A DNA stretch of 29,984 nucleotides. Origin: Octopus sinensis (Eukaryota). Within the stretch, counting starts at the first letter, position 1; each line of letters begins with the position of its first letter. Location of the stretch: positions 1 to 29,984 of the forward strand of contig NW_021834052.1 in the NCBI RefSeq assembly GCF_006345805.1. Direction: 5' to 3'. The notes under the pieces were generated by a model. The model was not told where the DNA came from. It ran no database searches and worked only from the letters and a program-made list of their open reading frames with translations. The translations under genes were made by a program, and so were the position numbers. Below are positions 23,644-29,984 of the stretch, in pieces.

Positions 23644-24970
23644 TGTCGCGACCCACGCTGGCGACCATCCCACGCTGGCGACCATCAGTTTGACAGGTTA
23701 TGACCTTCAGCTTGACAGGTGATTAGTTTGATATTTAATTTAAACCGGAAAAAATTTATTTTAAGAAATAGTTTAGCGTCATTTTAGAAAAAAAATTATG
23801 GTTTCTCTCAAAAGATGTTAGCATGAAAAAAGCGACTTAATTTATCATTATTAATGATCGGTATATTTGCGACTCCTAACTCATAGTCTTTATCTAAAGG
23901 ACGAGAATAACCAAAAACACAAATTGGTCATTTGTCTGGACAATGAAATCGAGATGAAAACACTAGCATGCGCCATTCACCAAGAATCCCACTGGGGAAT
24001 ACGAAAGCTTCAGAAAAAGTGCAGTGAATTCTATTTCACTGTAAAACGTCCAATCATCGAACAATTATAAAATACTGCGAAATTTGTAAATTTGCCCTAC
24101 CATTGAAAGTATTTAAAAAAAATAACCTAGGTGTCGATTCTAATACCATGTAACTGCAGAAAACCCAATGAAAGATTCCAGGCGGATATTATTGATGTTA
24201 GAAGATATAAGGAGTTTAACGATGGATGTAATTGGATACTGACAATTATTGACATCCACAGCAAATTTGTTGTCTGCAAATCTCTAAAAAATAAAACTGC
24301 TTCTGGTAAGACTTAAAATTTAATTGAAGAAGTGGTGAATAAATTCCAAAAATTGTTTTATCAAATTGGATTTTGTCAATCTTGCAAACGGACAACGGGT
24401 TGGAATTCAAAAACCAAAAATACGTAAAAATTGGAAACAATTTTTGACAAAGTAACTTTTTCCTATAATACGACACACCACTCGGCGATCAATGAGACCA
24501 CCCTTCAAAAGTTTAAGGGTATTTTTGGAATTAACACACTGTGATCATAAATACCAGGTTATAATCTTATTTATAATTTATATGAAAATAACGAGGCATC
24601 GTTGTCGAAGATGAACTTAATGTAAAATTTACGATGTATTTATTTTTAGAAACGAATAATAAAAGATTGTGGGGCGAATCCGTCATTGAAGCTGCACAGA
24701 TTTAATCCCATATGAAGAAAAGGGAAAAGTAAAAAATATAATGTCTAAATACAGATTAATGGTTTGTTGTCTTTACTAACAAACATTTAGTTCGAATTAC
24801 GAAATAGTTACTATGAATAGAGATAAAAAATGTTAAGTTTTTTGATTTTTTAGCAATTATCTTTAGTCAGTAATTAATGTCAAACTATGTAGGTCGCCCT
24901 GTCAATCTTGTCAACAATGAAGGTCGCTCTGGTCGCCAGCGTGGGATGGTCGCCAGCGTGGGTCGCGACA
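23644..24970 (+). mobile_element. Ginger-like copy 5 (B-left / A-right chimera)
   Basis: Left diagnostic sites match copy 7 up to ~23975; class A sites and the A deletion from ~24070. Confidence 0.88.
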
Positions 24971-25038
24971 TAATATATTATGCAATTTTATGAGGTCCCT
25001 AAATGTGAGCATATGGGGGTACTTGAGATTATGTAATA

Positions 25039-26448
25039 TGTCGCGACCCACGCTGGCGACCATCCACGCTGGCGACCATCAGTTTGACAGTTATGACCTT
25101 CAGCTTGACAGGTGATTATTTGATATTTAATTTAAACCGGAAAAAATTTATTTTTAGAAATAGTTTAGCGTCATTTTAGAAAAAATTATGGGTTCTCTCA
25201 AAAGATGTTAGCATGAAAAAAGCGACTTAATTTATCATTATTAATGATCGGTATATTTGCGACTCCTAACTCATAGTCTTTATCTAAAGGACGAGAATAA
25301 CCAAAAACCACAATTGGTCATTTCTGTCGGACAATGAAATCGAGATGAAACACTAGCATGCGCATTCACCAAGAATCCCACTGGGGAATACGAAAGCTTC
25401 AGAAAAAGTGCAGTGAATCTATTTCACTGTAAAACGTCCAATCATCGAACAAATTATAAAACTGCGAATTTGTAAATTTGCCTTACCATTGAAAGTATTT
25501 AAAAAAATATACCTAGATGTCGTCTGCAAATCTTTAAAAAATAAAACTGCTTCTGGTAAGACTTGAAATTTAATTGAAGAAATGGTGAATAAATTCCAAA
25601 AATTGTTTTATCAAATTGGATATTGTCAGATCTTGCAAACGGACAACGGGTTGGAATTCAAAAACCAACTTATGGCTTAACTATGCGAGAAATAAATTTG
25701 AAATAAATTAGGGTGTAATTGAGCGCTTTAATTAAATATTGACACGTGGTATGGCAAAACTGATGGATAAAGAAGGAACTAAAAATTGGAAACAATACGG
25801 CGGACATATTACGAACAAATTTCGACCTCTTTAAAAATCAAATTATACAACATGCTACTGAAACCGGTCTTATTGTACAATTTCTCTACATAAAAAAATA
25901 CGTAAAAATTGGAAACAATTTTTGGACAAAGTAACTTTTTCCTATAATACGACACACTACTCGGCGATCAATGAGACCCCCTTCAAAAGTTTAGGGGTAT
26001 TTCTGGAATTAACACTGTGATTCATGAAATACCAGGTTATAATCTTATTTATAATTTAGATGAAAATAACGAGGCATCGTTTGTCGAAGATGAACTTAAT
26101 GGTAAATTTACGATGTATTTATTTTTAGAAACGAATAATAAAAGATTGTGGGGCGAATCCGTCATTGAAGCTGCACAGATTTGAATCCCCATATGAAGAA
26201 AAGGGAAAAGTAAAAAATATAATGTCTAAATACAGATTAATGGTTTGTTGTCTTTACTAACAAACATTTAGTTCGAATACGAAATAGTTACTATGAATAG
26301 AGATAAAAAATGTTAAGTTTTTTGTTTTTAGCAATTATCTTTAGTCAGTAATTAATGTCAAACTATGTAGGTCGCCCTGTCAATCTTGTCAACAATGAAG
26401 GTCGCTCTGGTCGCCAGCGTGGGATGGTCGCCAGCGTGGGTCGCGACA
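25039..26448 (+). mobile_element. Ginger-like copy 6 (class B with an A-type right end)
   Basis: Carries the B deletion and the B-specific ~230-bp segment; B alleles to 26059, A alleles from 26101. Confidence 0.88.
25797..25902 (+). mobile_element. ~105-bp insertion with a 17-bp TSD inside class B (also at 27284-27387)
   Basis: TAAAAATTGGAAACAAT at 25780-25796 and 25903-25919; A-rich 3' end. Confidence 0.72.
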
Positions 26449-26517
26449 TAATATATTATGCAATTTTATGAGGTCCCTAAATGTGAGCATATTGGGGGTA
26501 CTTGAGATTATGTAATA

Positions 26518-27916
26518 TGTCGCGACCCACGCTGGCGACCATCCCACGCTGGCGACCATCAGTTTGACAGGTTATGACCTTCAGCTTGACAGGTGATTAG
26601 TTTGATATTTAATTTAAACCGGAAAAAATTTATTTTAAGAAATAGTTTAGCGTCATTTTAGAAAAAAAATTATGGTTTCTCTCAAAAGATGTTAGCATGA
26701 AAAAAGCGACTTAATTTATCATTATTAATGATCGGTATATTTGCGACTCCTAACTCATAGTCTTTATCTAAAGGACGAGAATAAAAAACACAAATTGGTC
26801 ATTTGTCTGGACAATGAAATCGAGATTGAAAACACTAGCATGCGCCATTCACCAAGAATCCCACTGGGGAATACGAAAGCTTCAGAAAAAGTGCAGTGAA
26901 TTCTATTTCACTGTAAAACGTCCAATCATCGAACAAATTATAAAAGACTGCGAAATTTGTAAATTTGCCTTACCATTGAAAGTATTTAAAAAAATATACC
27001 TAGATGTCGTCTGCAAATCTTTAAAAAATAAAACTGCTTCTGGTAAGACTTGAAATTTAATTGAAGAAGTGGTGAATAAATTCCAAAAATTGTTTTATCA
27101 AATTGGATATTGTCAGATCTTGCAAACGGACAACGGGTTGGAATTCAAAAACCAACTTATGGCTTAACTATGCGAGAAATAAATTTGAAATAAATTAGGG
27201 TGTAATTGAGCGCTTTAATTAAATATTGACACGTGGTATGGCAAAACTGATGGATAAAGAAGGAACTAAAAATTGGAAACAATACGGCGGACATATTACG
27301 AACAATTTCGACTCTTTAAAAATCAAATTATACAACATGCTACTGAAACCGGTCTTATTGTACAATTTCTCTACATAAAAAAATACGTAAAAATTGGAAA
27401 CAATTTTTGACAAAGTAACTTTTTCCTATAATACGACACACTATCGGCGATCAATGAGACCTTCCCAAAAGTTTAGGGGTATTTCTGGAATTAACACTGT
27501 GATTCATGAAATACCAGGTTATAATCTTATTTATAATTTAGATGAAAATAACGAGGCATCGTTTGTCGAAGATGAACTTAATAGTAAATTTACGATGTAT
27601 TTATTTTTAGAAACGAATAATAAAAGATTGTGGGACGAATCCGTCATTGAAGCTACACAGATTTGAATCCCCATATTAAGAAAAGGGAAAGGTAAAAAAT
27701 ATAATGTCTAAATACAGATTAATGGTTAGTTGTCTTTCGTAACAAACATTTAGTTCGAATTACGAAATAGTAAAAATGTTAAGTTTTTTGATTTTTTAGC
27801 AATTATCTTTAGTCAGTAATTAGTGTCAAACTATGTAGGTCGTCCTGTCAATCTTGTCAACAATGAAGGTTGCTCTGGTCGCCAGCGTGGGATGGTCGCC
27901 AGCGTGGGTCGCGACA
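26518..27916 (+). mobile_element. Ginger-like copy 7 (class B)
   Basis: TIRs; flanks gattatg-TAATA and TAATA-aattacg define a second insertion site; has GVIERFN but lacks FQADIID. Confidence 0.92.
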
Positions 27917-29984
27917 TAATAAATTACGTATTTTATTATGCAATTTTGGGAGGTCCCTAGATGTGAGCATATGTGGGTACTTGAGATTATGCAATAAATT
28001 ACGTAATATATTATGCAATTTTGGGAGGTCCCTAGATGTGAGCATATGTGGGTACTTGAGATTATGCAATAAATTACGTAATATATTATGCAATTTGGGA
28101 GGTCTCTAGATGTGTACATATCGGGTACTTGAGATAATGCAATAAATTACGTAATATATTATGCAATTTTGGGAGCTCCCTAGATGTGAGCATATTTGGG
28201 TATGTAATAATTACGTAATATATTATGCAATTTTGGGAGGTCCCTAGATGTGAGCATATGTGGGTACTTGAAATTATGCAATAATTACGTAATATTTTAT
28301 GCAATTTTGGGATTCCCTAGATGTGTACATATCGGGTACTTGAGATTATGCAATAAATTACATAATATATTATGCAATTTTGGGAGCTCCCTAATGTGAG
28401 CATATTGGGTACTTGAGATTATGTAATAATTGCGTAATATATATGCAATTTGGGAGGTCCCTAGATGTGTACATATGCGGTACTTGAGATTATGCGATAA
28501 CTACGTAATATATTATGCAATTTTGGGAGCTCCCTAGATGTGTACATATGCGGGTACTTGAGATTATGCAAAATTACGTAATGTATTATGCAATTTTGGA
28601 GGTCCCTAATGTGTACATATGCCGGTACTTGAGATTATGCAATAAATTACGTAATATATTATGCAATTTTGGGATGTCCCTAAATGTGAGCATATTGGGG
28701 TACTTGAGATTATACAATAAATTACGTAATATATTATGCAATTTTGGGAGGTCCCTAGATGTGAGCATATTGGGGTACTTGAGATTATACAATAAATTAC
28801 GTAATATATTATGCAATTTTGGGAGGTCCCTAAATGTGAGCATATGTGGGTACTTGAGATTATGTAATAAATTGCGTAATATATTATGCAATTTTGGGAG
28901 GTCCCTAGATGTGAGCATATGTGGGTACTTGAGATTATGCAATAAATTACGTAATATATTATGCAATTTTGGGAGGTCCCTAGATGTGAGCATATGAGGG
29001 TACTTGAGATTATGCAATAAATTACGTAATATATTATGCAATTTGGGAGGTCTCTAGATGTGAGCATATGTGGGTACTTGAGATTATGCAATAAATTACG
29101 TAATATTTTATGCAATTTTGGGAGCTCCCTAGATGTGAGCATATGGGGGTACTTGAGATTATGTAATAAATTCCCTAATATATTATGCAATTTTGTGAGG
29201 TCCCTAAATGTGAGCATATGGGGGTACTTGAGATTATGTAATAATTTCCGTAATATATTATGCAATTTTGCGAGGTCCCTAGATGTGAGCATATGTGGGT
29301 ATTTGAGATTATGCAATAAATTACGTAATAAATTATGCAATTTTGGGAGGTCCCTAGATGTGAGCATATGTGGTACTTGAGATTATGCAATAAATACGTA
29401 ATTATTATGCAATTTTGGCAGGTCCCTAGATGTTAGTACATATGCGGGTATGTAATAAATTACGTAATATATGCAATTTTGGGAGGTCCCTAGATGTGAG
29501 CATATGTGGGTACTTGAAATTATGCAATAAATTACGTAATATTTTATGCAATTTTGGAGCTCCCTAGATGTGAGCATATGCAGTACTTGAGATTATGCAA
29601 TAATTGCGTATATATTATGCAATTTTGGGGGTCCCTAGATGTGTACATATGCGGGTACTTGAGATAATGCAATAAATTACGTAATATATTATGCAATTTT
29701 GTGAGGTCCCTAGATGTGAGCATATGTGGGTACTTGAGGAGATTATGCAATAAATTACGTAATATTATGCAATTTTGGGAGCTCCCTAGATGTGAGGATA
29801 TGCAGGTACTTGAGATTATGCAATAAATTACTTAATATATTATGCAATTTTGGGAGGTCCCTAATGTGAGCATATGGGGGTACTTGAGATTATGTAATAA
29901 ATTGCGTAATATATTATGCAATTTTGGAGGTCCCTAGATGTGTACATATCGGGTACTTGAGATTATGCAATAAATTACGTAATA
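27917..29984. repeat. 75-bp satellite, block 5 (runs off the window)
   Basis: About 28 monomers. Confidence 0.97.

Noticed and set aside
11167-29750. Dozens of 25-aa repeat ORFs as real genes
   Set aside because: They follow from a 3n period, overlap on both strands and switch frame at indels; kept only as a low-interest finding.
11165-29984. CRISPR array with an integrase
   Set aside because: The repeats are contiguous with no unique spacers, there are no cas genes, and the context is eukaryotic.

Overview
AT-rich eukaryotic repeat DNA; no confidently identifiable host gene. Bases 1-11164 are a nest of decayed transposons: two hAT (Buster/Charlie and SPIN/GTF2IRD2-like) elements inserted in a pogo/Tigger element, a 5'-truncated LINE, a second Tigger deletion derivative, two remnants of Ginger-type (gypsy-integrase-like) DNA transposons, and a near full-length CRE-like non-LTR retrotransposon (PHD-RT-RLE). 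From 11165 to the end lies a 75-bp tandem satellite (~120 monomers) containing seven 1.3-1.45 kb copies of a Ginger2/TDD-like element with 41-bp TIRs and a TAATA duplication. These copies sit at equivalent positions in 12-bp subrepeats of the monomer and occur in both orientations beside the same flank variant. They form two complementary deletion classes plus apparent recombinant chimeras. The DNA-transposon genes read correctly only after removing tiny 23-28 nt GT-AG introns. Family assignments come from motif recognition only; no database search was run. Scattered 1-bp homopolymer indels may be assembly errors.
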